From the NCBI GenBank assembly GCA_965364045.1, contig CBDTVQ010000001.1:1-35166 (forward strand): a stretch of 35,166 bases of DNA, given 5' to 3'. The first letter of the stretch is position 1; every line of letters starts with the position of its first letter. Of this stretch, positions 8,550 through 17,311 are shown piece after piece. Source of the DNA: an uncultured Tessaracoccus sp. (GTDB lineage: Bacteria; Actinomycetota; Actinomycetes; Propionibacteriales; Propionibacteriaceae). Below the pieces are notes generated by a model that worked only from the letters and a program-made list of their open reading frames with translations, ran no database searches and had not been told where the DNA came from. The position numbers and the translations under genes are program-made.

Positions 8550-8800
8550 CGTCAAGACTCCTTCGTCTTTGGTTCACGCATCGGCCTACGGCCGGTGACT
8601 GCTTAAGTATCACCGGCCGAGATGCGCATCGACAAGAGCCGACGGCATTGTCGCGGGTCCATCTCCACGGCGCTGCACCTTTTCCCGAAGCCCCACTCCA
8701 CCAAGTGACCAACTTTGGTCTCGTCGATCCGTGGCTGGGACCATGCGCAACATTGCCGAATTCGCGAGGAAGGGCCGGGCTGTCGTGCAACACTGGCGCG

Positions 8801-10192
8801 ATGAGCGGTCTTGGGGGGACCCCGACTTCGATCGCCCCCGGAGTGCGGCGCACCCAGCTGAGCTTCGGGCTCGGCACGCTGGGCCGGGACATGGTGGCCG
8901 CCATGGTCAGCCTGTACCTGATCTATTACCTCACGGACGTCGTCGGCGTCTCCAACGGACAGCTCGCGGCCATCACCACCATCATCGTCGCGCTGCGAAT
9001 CTTCGACGCCGTCAACGACCCCGTTATGGGTGTCATCGTGGACAACACCCACACGCGCTGGGGCAAATTCAAGCCGTGGATCGCAATCGGGGCCGGGCTG
9101 TGGGGCGCCGCCACCCTGCTGCTGTTCGCCGGTCTCCCCGTTTCGGGTGAAGGCTTCATCGTCGTTTTCTTCATCGGCTATCTGATCTGGGGCATCAGCT
9201 ACACCATCAATGACATCTCCTTCTACGGAATGCTGCCCTCGCTGTCCCGAAACCTCAAGGAACGCGAAGGCATCGCCGTCGTCGCCCGGATCATGGCCAA
9301 CATCGGCCTGTTCTCCGTCGTCGTGGGCATTGTGCCGATCACCGAATGGCTGACCGGTTCCCTCGGGAGCCCCCAGAAGGCATGGTTCCTCTTCGCCGCC
9401 GTGACTGTGGCGATCATGCTTGTGTTCCAATCCCTCACCCTGATTTTCACGAAACAGAAGGTGGTGGCCGCCACACCCCACACCCCCATCCGTGAGCTCT
9501 TCCGCATCATCGGCCGAAACGACCAACTCTTGTGGGTAACGGTGGCAATGGTCCTGTTCATGGCCGGCTACACCGCCACCACCAGCCTGGGCATCTACTA
9601 TTTTGAATACATCTACGGCGATCTGGGGATGTATGCGATCTTCGCGGGCATCCTCGGCGTGGCACAGCTGAGCGGACTGGCCATTTTCCCGTTGGTGTCC
9701 GCCCGCCTCACCCGGCGCCAGATCCATGCATTGGCCTCCGCGATGTGCACCGTCGGCCTGGCGGTCTTCGCGCTTGCCGGATCATCGATGATCATCATCG
9801 GCGTGGCTGGGGTGCTGCTCTTCATGGGTCAGGCGTTCATCCAGCTCCTGATGCTGCTCTACATCGCCGATTGCGTCGAGTATGGGGAGTGGAAGCTGGG
9901 TAAGCGCACCGAATCGATCACGTTCTCCCTCCAACCGTTCATCTACAAGTCCTCCAACGCTCTGGGCACTTCAATGGTGGGGCTGGCCCTGCTCATCTCC
10001 GGGGTCAACCAGGCCGAGTCGGCAGCAGACATCACCGTCGGCGGCCAGCTGGCCTTCAAGGTGGTCATGATGGCGGTGCCCATGGTGCTGGTCATCATCA
10101 GCTGGGCCGTTCTGCGTCGGACGTACACCCTCGACGAGGGGCGCTACACCGAAATCGTCGCGGAGCTCCGCGCCAGGGAGGAACGCAAGTGA
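8801..10192 (+). CDS. Glycoside-pentoside-hexuronide (GPH/MelB-like) cation symporter
   Basis: RIFDAVNDPVMG.IVDNTHTRWGKFKPW, ADCVEYGEWKLGKRTES, about 12 TMs. Start set at ATG 8801; the 209-codon upstream extension in the track is spurious. Confidence 0.92.
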   Translation: MSGLGGTPTSIAPGVRRTQLSFGLGTLGRDMVAAMVSLYLIYYLTDVVGVSNGQLAAITTIIVALRIFDAVNDPVMGVIVDNTHTRWGKFKPWIAIGAGLWGAATLLLFAGLPVSGEGFIVVFFIGYLIWGISYTINDISFYGMLPSLSRNLKEREGIAVVARIMANIGLFSVVVGIVPITEWLTGSLGSPQKAWFLFAAVTVAIMLVFQSLTLIFTKQKVVAATPHTPIRELFRIIGRNDQLLWVTVAMVLFMAGYTATTSLGIYYFEYIYGDLGMYAIFAGILGVAQLSGLAIFPLVSARLTRRQIHALASAMCTVGLAVFALAGSSMIIIGVAGVLLFMGQAFIQLLMLLYIADCVEYGEWKLGKRTESITFSLQPFIYKSSNALGTSMVGLALLISGVNQAESAADITVGGQLAFKVVMMAVPMVLVIISWAVLRRTYTLDEGRYTEIVAELRAREERK

Positions 10193-12114
10193 CGCAGAGC
10201 GGTGCCATCGATCGCGCCTCCACCATCGGCGACGTGTACGACCATCCCCTGGGGCGCGACATCATCGACAAGCTCCTGCTGCAGCTCGGCCGCTCCCAGA
10301 GGTGGGTGGACAATCCCATCGTCCGCAGGTTGCGAGTGCGCACCGTGGAGCGGCTGGGTCACGGGTTCACCGGCGACGGCTTCATTGACACCCTGCTGAC
10401 GCTGCTCAACGACGTGTCAGACTCCCCAACCCGCACCACCGGCCCTGTAACGCCGCGCTGGTGGAAGGAGGCCGTCTTCTATCAGGTGTATCCACGCTCC
10501 TTCGCGGATTCCGACGGCGACGGCATCGGTGACCTGCGGGGCATCATCAACCACCTCGACCACCTCGAGGACCTGGGGATCGACTGCCTGTGGCTGTCGC
10601 CGATCTTCGCCTCCCCCAACGAGGACAACGGCTACGACATCTCCGACTACCGCGCCGTGATGACCGAGATGGGGACCCTCGACGACGTCGATGAGCTCAT
10701 CGCCGCCTGCCACGCCCGAGGCATGCGGATCATCCTGGATCTGGTGGTGAATCACACCTCGGACCAGCACGAATGGTTCAAGGAGGCGCGCCGGGATCCG
10801 GACGGCCCCTTCGGCGAGTACTACATCCTGCGCGACGGAGACCCCACCACGCTGCCCAACAACTGGGCGTCATACTTTTCCGGCCCCGCCTGGACGTGGC
10901 TCGAGGACACGAAGCGGTGGTGCATGCGTCTGTTTGCCCCCGGGCAGCCGGACCTCAACTGGGACAACCCTGCGGTGCGTCGCGAAGTGGCCGACGTCGT
11001 CAGCTGGTGGCTTGAACGTGGCATCGACGGCTTCCGCCTCGACGTCATCAATTTCATCTCCAAACGTGAGGGACTGCCCGAGGGCAACGAATTCGTCGGC
11101 TCCCTGATGGAATTCACCGGTGTTGAGCACTACTTTCACGGACCGCATCTGCACGCATACCTCGCGGAGCTGCGGCGAGACGGCTTCCAGCGCAAGGGGG
11201 AGGTCAAGGAGGCGCCAGGACACGATCCGACGGCAGTCATGATCGGGGAGACACCGGGCATCGGAATAGAGACGGGACGGCTCCTCACGGCCGAGAACCG
11301 CCACGAACTTGATCTCGTCTTCAGCTTTGACCATCTGGAGAATCCCGGAAAGACACGTTGGGATGACTACGCGTATGACCTCAACCACCTGAAGGCGTAC
11401 ATGATCCAGCGACAGTCCCGTCTGGGTTCCGGGGATTGGGTCAGCCTCTTCTGGGAGAACCACGACAACCCCCGCATGATCTCCAAGGTCAATGCCGATC
11501 CGCTCTACCGGACACCGCTCGGCAAGGCCCTGGCCGCCATCCAACTCCTGGGGCGAGGTACCCCGTTCATCTACCAGGGCCAGGAGATCGCCGCCATCAA
11601 CCAGGACTTCCAGAATGTCTCCGATTTCAGGGACATCGAATCGATCAACCGCCTGTCACATCATCACGGCGGCCCGGTGAACATCGACGTGGTGCGGCCG
11701 GGTTCCCGGGACCACGCACGCACGCCCATGCGCTGGGATGACTCTCAATGCCACGGCTTCACCACCGGCGAGCCGTGGATCGGCTTCCATGAGCACTCCA
11801 CGGGTTACACCGTCGCCGAACAACAGAAGGATCCGGATTCGGTCTTCACCTTCTACAAGCAACTCATTGCCCTGCGTCGCGAACATCCAGCACTGCGTCT
11901 GGGCGATGTGCGGTTCGCCTACCCGCGCCGTCGCGACTACTTCGCCTGGTTCCGCGAGCTCGACGGTGAGTCGTTCCTCACAGAGGTCAACCTGTCCGCA
12001 CGATCCATTCGTCGCCCCCACTACACGGCCGTGTTGCGCGACGTGTTGACGACTGGCCGCGACGAAGTCAGGCTCGGCCCCTACGAGGTGCGGGTGCATC
12101 GGGTCCTCTCCTGA
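10189..12114 (+). CDS. GH13 alpha-glucosidase / oligo-1,6-glucosidase with about 90-aa N-terminal extension
   Basis: WWKEAVFYQVYPRSF.DSDGDGIGDL, DLVVNH, QPDLN, FRLDVINF (Asp nucleophile), MIGETPG (Glu), ENHD (Asp). GTGA overlap with the symporter stop. Confidence 0.93.
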   Translation: MTQSGAIDRASTIGDVYDHPLGRDIIDKLLLQLGRSQRWVDNPIVRRLRVRTVERLGHGFTGDGFIDTLLTLLNDVSDSPTRTTGPVTPRWWKEAVFYQVYPRSFADSDGDGIGDLRGIINHLDHLEDLGIDCLWLSPIFASPNEDNGYDISDYRAVMTEMGTLDDVDELIAACHARGMRIILDLVVNHTSDQHEWFKEARRDPDGPFGEYYILRDGDPTTLPNNWASYFSGPAWTWLEDTKRWCMRLFAPGQPDLNWDNPAVRREVADVVSWWLERGIDGFRLDVINFISKREGLPEGNEFVGSLMEFTGVEHYFHGPHLHAYLAELRRDGFQRKGEVKEAPGHDPTAVMIGETPGIGIETGRLLTAENRHELDLVFSFDHLENPGKTRWDDYAYDLNHLKAYMIQRQSRLGSGDWVSLFWENHDNPRMISKVNADPLYRTPLGKALAAIQLLGRGTPFIYQGQEIAAINQDFQNVSDFRDIESINRLSHHHGGPVNIDVVRPGSRDHARTPMRWDDSQCHGFTTGEPWIGFHEHSTGYTVAEQQKDPDSVFTFYKQLIALRREHPALRLGDVRFAYPRRRDYFAWFRELDGESFLTEVNLSARSIRRPHYTAVLRDVLTTGRDEVRLGPYEVRVHRVLS

Positions 12115-12127
12115 CGTCGATTCCGGG

Positions 12128-12168
12128 TTGGACAAGCTCACACAAAAGCATATGCTTGCATCATGCAA
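12128..12168 (+). promoter_or_regulatory. Leaderless promoter and probable MarR operator
   Basis: TTGGAC(12128)-17 nt-TATGCT(12151)-6 nt-ATG. Palindromes AAGCATATGCTT (12146-12157) and TTGCATcATGCAA (12156-12168). Confidence 0.75.
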
Positions 12169-12582
12169 CTAACTGATGAGTTGGCGAGACTGTTCACCAA
12201 CATGGGCCAAACCCTGGCTCGACGCGCACACCAGGGCATGGACCACCAGGACTTCTCGACGCTCGTCGCGCTCTCATCCGGGGCCTGCCCCGACGGCACG
12301 AGGCTCAGCGATCTGGCCGCGATGCGTGGCTTCGACGCCTCCACCATGAGCCGACGCGTCTCCCAACTTTGCGAGACCGGACTCCTGGAACGCAGCCCCG
12401 ATCCCCAGGACGGCCGTGCGCAGTTGCTGCACGTCAGTAACGAGGGCCGCCACGCCCTGACAGAGGAACGCACCCGACGAGTGCGCCTCATCACCGAATC
12501 GCTGGGCGAGTGGACACCCGATGACAAAAGTGAGCTCGCCCGCCTGCTCAGCCGCTTGAACGACAGCTTGGAGAACGCATGA
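12163..12582 (+). CDS. MarR family transcriptional regulator
   Basis: RLSDLA...DASTMSRRVSQL...GLLERSPDPQDGRA winged-helix motif. Confidence 0.93.
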   Translation: MQLTDELARLFTNMGQTLARRAHQGMDHQDFSTLVALSSGACPDGTRLSDLAAMRGFDASTMSRRVSQLCETGLLERSPDPQDGRAQLLHVSNEGRHALTEERTRRVRLITESLGEWTPDDKSELARLLSRLNDSLENA

Positions 12583-14672
12583 AGAAACCCACCCCCACGC
12601 CGCGGGTGGCATACAAGCTCGCGCCGCAGGATCGGCAGGTCTTCATCGGCCTCATGATCGGCATGCTCGTGGCGTCCGTGAGCCAGACCATCGTCGGCCC
12701 CGCGATGCCCCGCATCGTCGCCGACCTCGGCGGGATTGACCACTACTCCTGGGTGGCCACTGCCGCCATGCTGACCTCGGCCGTCAGCGTGCCCATCATG
12801 GGCAAACTTTCTGACCTGTACGGCCGCCGACTGTTCTACATCGGTGGTCTGACTGTCTTCATGATCGGCTCGATCGTCAGCGGTTTCAGCGTCAACTTCT
12901 GGATGCTGATCGCAGGACGGGCCATCCAGGGCCTCGGCATGGGAACCATCATGCCGCTGTCTCAAACGATCATCGGCGACATCATCCCGCCACGTCAGCG
13001 CGGCAAGTACCAGGGCTTCATGGGCGCCGTCTTCGGCGTCACCGCCGTGGCGGGCCCGCTGGCGGGCGGCCTCATCACCGACAACCTCGGCTGGCGCTGG
13101 AACTTCTTCGCGACGCTGCCCCTCGGCATCATCGCCCTCTTCTTCGTCGTGCGCTTCCTGCAGGTCCCCCACGTGCAGCGCAAGGCGGTCGTGGACGTCC
13201 TCGGCATCGTGACACTCGCCCCCGCGCTGGTGATGATCCTTCTGGCCACCTCGTGGGGCGGCACCACCTACCCGTGGGGCTCGGCTGTCATCATCGCCCT
13301 CTACGTGGCCGGCGGGCTCTTCCTGGGTCTGTTCATCTTCGTGGAATTCAGGGCTGAGGAGCCGCTGCTCCCATTGAGGCTCTTCCGGAACTCGGTTTTC
13401 ACCGCCAGCAACATCGCCGCCTTCTCCGTCTCCATGGTGCTCTTCGGGGCCACCATCTACATTCCCGTCTACGCGCAGGGCGTCCTGGGTGTCAGCGCCA
13501 CCGATTCGGGGCTCATCCTGCTGCCGCTCATGATCGGGTTCATCCTGGTGGGCATCGGTGCAGGGCTGCTGATCACACGCACCGGTCGGTACAAGGAGAT
13601 CATGCTGCTGGGTGTGATCACCATGTTTGCCGGAGTCTGGCTCATGACCCGTCTCGATGCCGCCTCGTCACAGCTGCAACTCAGCGTTGCCATGGTGGTG
13701 CTCGGCGTGGGTCTGGGCGCCTCGATGCAGCAGTACACGCTCGTGGTACAGAACGCCGTGGCCAAGCGTGACCTCGGCATCGCCACGGCCTCGACGCAGT
13801 TCTTCCGCAACGTGGGCGCCACCGTCGGTATCGCGGTGTTCGGCTCGTTGATGACAGGTGGACTGTCCCGGGCCATCATGGATCGCCTTCCCCCCGGCGT
13901 TGCCGAGGAGATGGGTGATTCCGTGTCCACGATTGGCGTGGGGGACGTTCTCGATCCTTCTGGGACGGCCGGGCTGCCGCCAGCGGTCGTCGACGCCATC
14001 CGGGAGGGTCTTGCGGACAGGCTGCACGTGGTATTCCTGGCGATCCTGCCCATCCTGGTGATCGCGTTCTTCGCCACGCTCGCCATCAGGGCAATGCCAC
14101 TGCGCGACACCATCTCCACACCTGAGGAGGCGCGTCGGGAGTTCCTGGACACGATGAGCCAGAGCAGTGGTCGGGACGAACTCGTGCCCAGCCTGAACCA
14201 CTACGACAACGAGGGCGCCCGCACTCGCGAGCGTGTCCTCGGGCTCCAAATGGATCTCCTGGTGCGGGAGTCCCGACGAGAGGATCGAGGCCTACTACGG
14301 CGGGCTGTCACCGAAATTGGCGACGGCGACCTCAGCCACGGCCAGGCAATCCTGGAACGCACCGCCGCGATGCTCTCCTCCGACGACCCGGAGCAGGTGG
14401 CCGAAGCCGAGAAGTACGCGTGCGCCCTGGCGAATCGCGCAGCCCGCAAGGGCGGTGTCCTCAGCGAGGACATCCGCAAGGACATCGCCGTACAGGTGGC
14501 TGCAGGACGGGAACGCAAGGACGTGCTCGCAGGCCACGAGAAGGCGATGGCGGACAACTTCGAGGCGGTCGACGTCGCGCAACTCCGTGGAGCCGCCAAC
14601 GACCTGGCCACAGTTCTGCTGCTGGACCTTGACGTCAAGGCCCCAGTGGGAGCAGGCGCCACGAAGTCCTGA
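12579..14672 (+). CDS. DHA2 (14-TMS) MFS drug efflux transporter with long C-terminal tail
   Basis: QTIVGPAMPRI, GKLSDLYGRR, RAIQGLG, GPLAGG...WRWNF, EPLLPLRLFRN. ATGA overlap with marR. Confidence 0.92.
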   Translation: MKKPTPTPRVAYKLAPQDRQVFIGLMIGMLVASVSQTIVGPAMPRIVADLGGIDHYSWVATAAMLTSAVSVPIMGKLSDLYGRRLFYIGGLTVFMIGSIVSGFSVNFWMLIAGRAIQGLGMGTIMPLSQTIIGDIIPPRQRGKYQGFMGAVFGVTAVAGPLAGGLITDNLGWRWNFFATLPLGIIALFFVVRFLQVPHVQRKAVVDVLGIVTLAPALVMILLATSWGGTTYPWGSAVIIALYVAGGLFLGLFIFVEFRAEEPLLPLRLFRNSVFTASNIAAFSVSMVLFGATIYIPVYAQGVLGVSATDSGLILLPLMIGFILVGIGAGLLITRTGRYKEIMLLGVITMFAGVWLMTRLDAASSQLQLSVAMVVLGVGLGASMQQYTLVVQNAVAKRDLGIATASTQFFRNVGATVGIAVFGSLMTGGLSRAIMDRLPPGVAEEMGDSVSTIGVGDVLDPSGTAGLPPAVVDAIREGLADRLHVVFLAILPILVIAFFATLAIRAMPLRDTISTPEEARREFLDTMSQSSGRDELVPSLNHYDNEGARTRERVLGLQMDLLVRESRREDRGLLRRAVTEIGDGDLSHGQAILERTAAMLSSDDPEQVAEAEKYACALANRAARKGGVLSEDIRKDIAVQVAAGRERKDVLAGHEKAMADNFEAVDVAQLRGAANDLATVLLLDLDVKAPVGAGATKS

Positions 14673-14689
14673 TCCCCGCCAGACAGGAG

Positions 14690-14729
14690 AGCGACCCTGC
14701 CGGCCACAGTTGTGGACGGCGGGGTCGCT
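14690..14729. terminator. Hairpin between convergent genes (probable bidirectional terminator)
   Basis: agcgaccctgccg-gccaca-gt-tgtgga-cggcggggtcgct imperfect long stem. Confidence 0.7.
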
Positions 14730-14751
14730 GTCGTTTGCAGCACCGGCCTGC

Positions 14752-15558
14752 TCAGTGGTCGTTGATTTCCGAGAGGAACTCCTGGGCGCGCTGTGACTGC
14801 GGATTGTCCAGCACCTGATCGGGGGGACCCTGTTCCGCGATCCCCTTGTCTGCGATGAGCACCACCCGGTCCGCCACGCGGCGGGCGAAGCGCATCTCGT
14901 GCGTCACACACATCATCGTCATGCCCTCTTCCGCGAGGTCCTTCATGACGGCCAGCACCTCACCCACGAGCTCAGGGTCCAGCGCCGAGGTGGGCTCGTC
15001 GAAGAGCATCACGGCGGGATCCATGGCCAGCGCCCGTGCGATTGCGACCCGCTGCTGCTGGCCACCCGAGAGACTGCCCGGATAGGCGTCGGCCTTGTGT
15101 GCCAGACCGACGCGCTCCAGCAGACTGCGGGCCTTCTCCACGGCCTCGTCCTTGCCACGACCCAGCACGTCGCGCTGCGCCACGGCAATGTTCTCCGTCA
15201 CGTTCATGTGCGGAAACAGGTTGAACGCCTGAAACACCATGCCGATCCGGGAGCGGATGCGGTTGAGGTGCTTCTGGTCGTAGCTCAGGGTCTGCCCCGC
15301 CACGACGATGTCGCCGGAAGTGATCTGCTCCAAACCGTTGACGCATCGGAGAAGCGTGGATTTGCCGGCGCCGGAGGGGCCGATGAGGACCACCACTTCG
15401 CTCACGCCCACGTCGAGATCGACATCCTTGAACACGACGGTGTCGCCGAACTTCTTCGTGACGCCACGGAGTTGAACGATTGCCTCGCCCTTGTCCGCAT
15501 CCCCACTCAGGAAACGATCCGCAGCCGCGGCTTCAAGTTCTTCTTGTGAATCAGTCAT
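14752..15558 (-). CDS. Polar amino acid ABC transporter ATP-binding protein (GlnQ-like)
   Basis: Walker A GPSGAGKST, LSGGQQQRVAIARALAM, FDEPTSALDPE, VTHEM. Confidence 0.95.
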   Translation of the reverse strand: MTDSQEELEAAAADRFLSGDADKGEAIVQLRGVTKKFGDTVVFKDVDLDVGVSEVVVLIGPSGAGKSTLLRCVNGLEQITSGDIVVAGQTLSYDQKHLNRIRSRIGMVFQAFNLFPHMNVTENIAVAQRDVLGRGKDEAVEKARSLLERVGLAHKADAYPGSLSGGQQQRVAIARALAMDPAVMLFDEPTSALDPELVGEVLAVMKDLAEEGMTMMCVTHEMRFARRVADRVVLIADKGIAEQGPPDQVLDNPQSQRAQEFLSEINDH

Positions 15559-15565
15559 GGTCACC

Positions 15566-16219
15566 TCAGGACTTGTATCGGCCCAGGCGCTTCTCCATGC
15601 GGTTCACCACAGCGGTCAGCACGAGGACGATCGCCAGGTAGTACACGGAGACGATCGCGTAGGTGGACAGGGGTTTGTAGGTGGCGGCAGCCGTGTTCTG
15701 TGCCGTCCGGAACAGCTCCGTCAGGCCGATGAAGGCGACCAGTGAGGAGTCCTTCACAGCGATGATGAACTGGCTGCCGAGCACCGGGAGGATGGCGCGG
15801 AAGGACAACGGCGCCTGAACCCGCAGAAGGGTGCGTTTCCGGGACATGCCAAGAGAGCGTGCAGCCTCCACGAGCCCCTTGGGCACTGACTGGAACCCCG
15901 AGCGAATGATCTCGGCTATGTAGGCGGAGTTGTGGACGCCCAATGCGATCGCACCAGCCCAGAACTTGTCCAGCACAATGAGGCTGGAGAGCCCGAAGTA
16001 GAGCAGGAAGAGCTGAGCGATCAGCGGCGTGCCTCGAATCAGGCCGATGAAGCCCGCCGCCAGCCACTTCAGCGGAGGAATCCCGCTCATGGACATGGCC
16101 GCCACCCCCGCCCCCATCACGAGGGCGAAGAGCAGCGCGACGGCCGTCAACCCGAGTGTGACGCCGGTCGCCTCAATGAAGATTGGTGCGTACTTGGCGA
16201 ACATCTCGAAGAAGTCCAC
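15566..16219 (-). CDS. Polar amino acid ABC transporter permease
   Basis: IRGTPLIAQL, SAYIAEIIRSG, EAARSLG (EAA loop), VKDSSL. Start GTG 16219 overlaps the binding-protein stop (TAGTG). Confidence 0.93.
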   Translation of the reverse strand: MDFFEMFAKYAPIFIEATGVTLGLTAVALLFALVMGAGVAAMSMSGIPPLKWLAAGFIGLIRGTPLIAQLFLLYFGLSSLIVLDKFWAGAIALGVHNSAYIAEIIRSGFQSVPKGLVEAARSLGMSRKRTLLRVQAPLSFRAILPVLGSQFIIAVKDSSLVAFIGLTELFRTAQNTAAATYKPLSTYAIVSVYYLAIVLVLTAVVNRMEKRLGRYKS

Positions 16220-17010
16220 TATGAGATGTCCTCGCCGAACCACTTTTTGCTGATCTCGGCGTAGGTGCCGTCGTCCTTGATGGCCTGCAGCGCACCATCA
16301 ATGTCGTCCTTGAGGGGGTTGTCCTTGGCGACGGCAATCGCGGGGCTCTCGGTGTACAGCGGTTCCCCGCACTGACGGAGGTCGCGTTCCGCGTCCTGGA
16401 TCTGGAAGAGGCCCACGAGCAGACCTGTGATGGTGCCGTCCAGACGACCGGCCTCGGTGTCCTCGAGGGCCGTGATGTCGGACTCGAAGCTGACCACCTC
16501 ACCCTTGAAGCCTTCTTCCTTCAAGTAGGCGTCATAGGTGGTGCCGTTGGCGACGCCCACCTTGAGATCGGCCTCAATGTCGAAAGTCTCGCAGTCGGAG
16601 TCCGTCGGCACGAAGTAGCCCGCACCATCGGTGTAGTAGGGCTCCGTGAAGTCCACCACTTCAGCGCGCTCCTCCGTCGGTGTGACCGATGCGATGAGCG
16701 CGTCGTACCTGTTGGACTGCAAGCCCTGGATCAGCGACGCGAAGGCTGCGGTCTCGGTCTTGAGTTCGAGACCTAGCTCGTCGGCGATCGCGGCGGCGAT
16801 GTCGTAGTCGAAGCCCGTGAGGTTGTTGCCCTCATCGAAGTGGCTGAAGGGCTTGAACTCACCGCTCATGGCGATGACGATCTCACCATCGTTGACCAGC
16901 TTGGCGCCACCTTCTTCGCCGCCTCCGTCGTTGCCGGAGCAGGCGGTCAGTGCCAGGGCGCAGGCTGCTGTGAAAGCGACCGCGCGTGCGTGGTGTCGAA
17001 AGTTCTTCAC
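16219..17010 (-). CDS. Amino acid ABC transporter substrate-binding lipoprotein (SBP family 3)
   Basis: Lipobox LTAC, GFDYDIA, TEER..VVDFTEPYY, DGTYAEISKKWFG. Start GTG 17010 (9 nt after GAGGAG) or ATG 17019. Confidence 0.92.
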   Translation of the reverse strand: MKNFRHHARAVAFTAACALALTACSGNDGGGEEGGAKLVNDGEIVIAMSGEFKPFSHFDEGNNLTGFDYDIAAAIADELGLELKTETAAFASLIQGLQSNRYDALIASVTPTEERAEVVDFTEPYYTDGAGYFVPTDSDCETFDIEADLKVGVANGTTYDAYLKEEGFKGEVVSFESDITALEDTEAGRLDGTITGLLVGLFQIQDAERDLRQCGEPLYTESPAIAVAKDNPLKDDIDGALQAIKDDGTYAEISKKWFGEDIS

Positions 17011-17311
17011 TGGTGTCATCTCCTCGGAGTCCGGAGCCGGAGAGTTCCGGCACCTCCCACCCACCACCACGCATGGTGTGACACATGCGTCGAGGCTGAA
17101 AAACCTGCAGGCGCAGCGGATGAACTTCGTTGACCCTACGGAGATCAGGGTGCATTAGAGACACTGAAGCGGCTTCCGTTATCAATCCGTTACCTTTCCT
17201 GCAGTGCCGGACTGGGCTTGGCCACCCCTCTCCCGCCCGCCTTCTGGCTGGCCACACGGAGGCTCGCCCCCTGCTTGTCCCCGCGGGCGCACGACCCCAT
17301 GGCAAGGCCGT

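Noticed and set aside
8747..8756. LacI-type operator GCAACATTGC upstream of the GPH symporter
   Set aside because: Only 10 nt, lacks the central CG, and no LacI gene is nearby; too weak to call.
8174..8800. 209-codon N-terminal extension of the GPH symporter ORF
   Set aside because: Arg/Pro-rich shadow translation overlapping a better-supported minus-strand gene and terminator; transporter similarity starts only after ATG 8801.
17020..17310. Riboswitch or T-box upstream of the amino-acid ABC operon
   Set aside because: No T-box, glycine, SAM or lysine consensus recognisable by eye; an Infernal scan would settle it.
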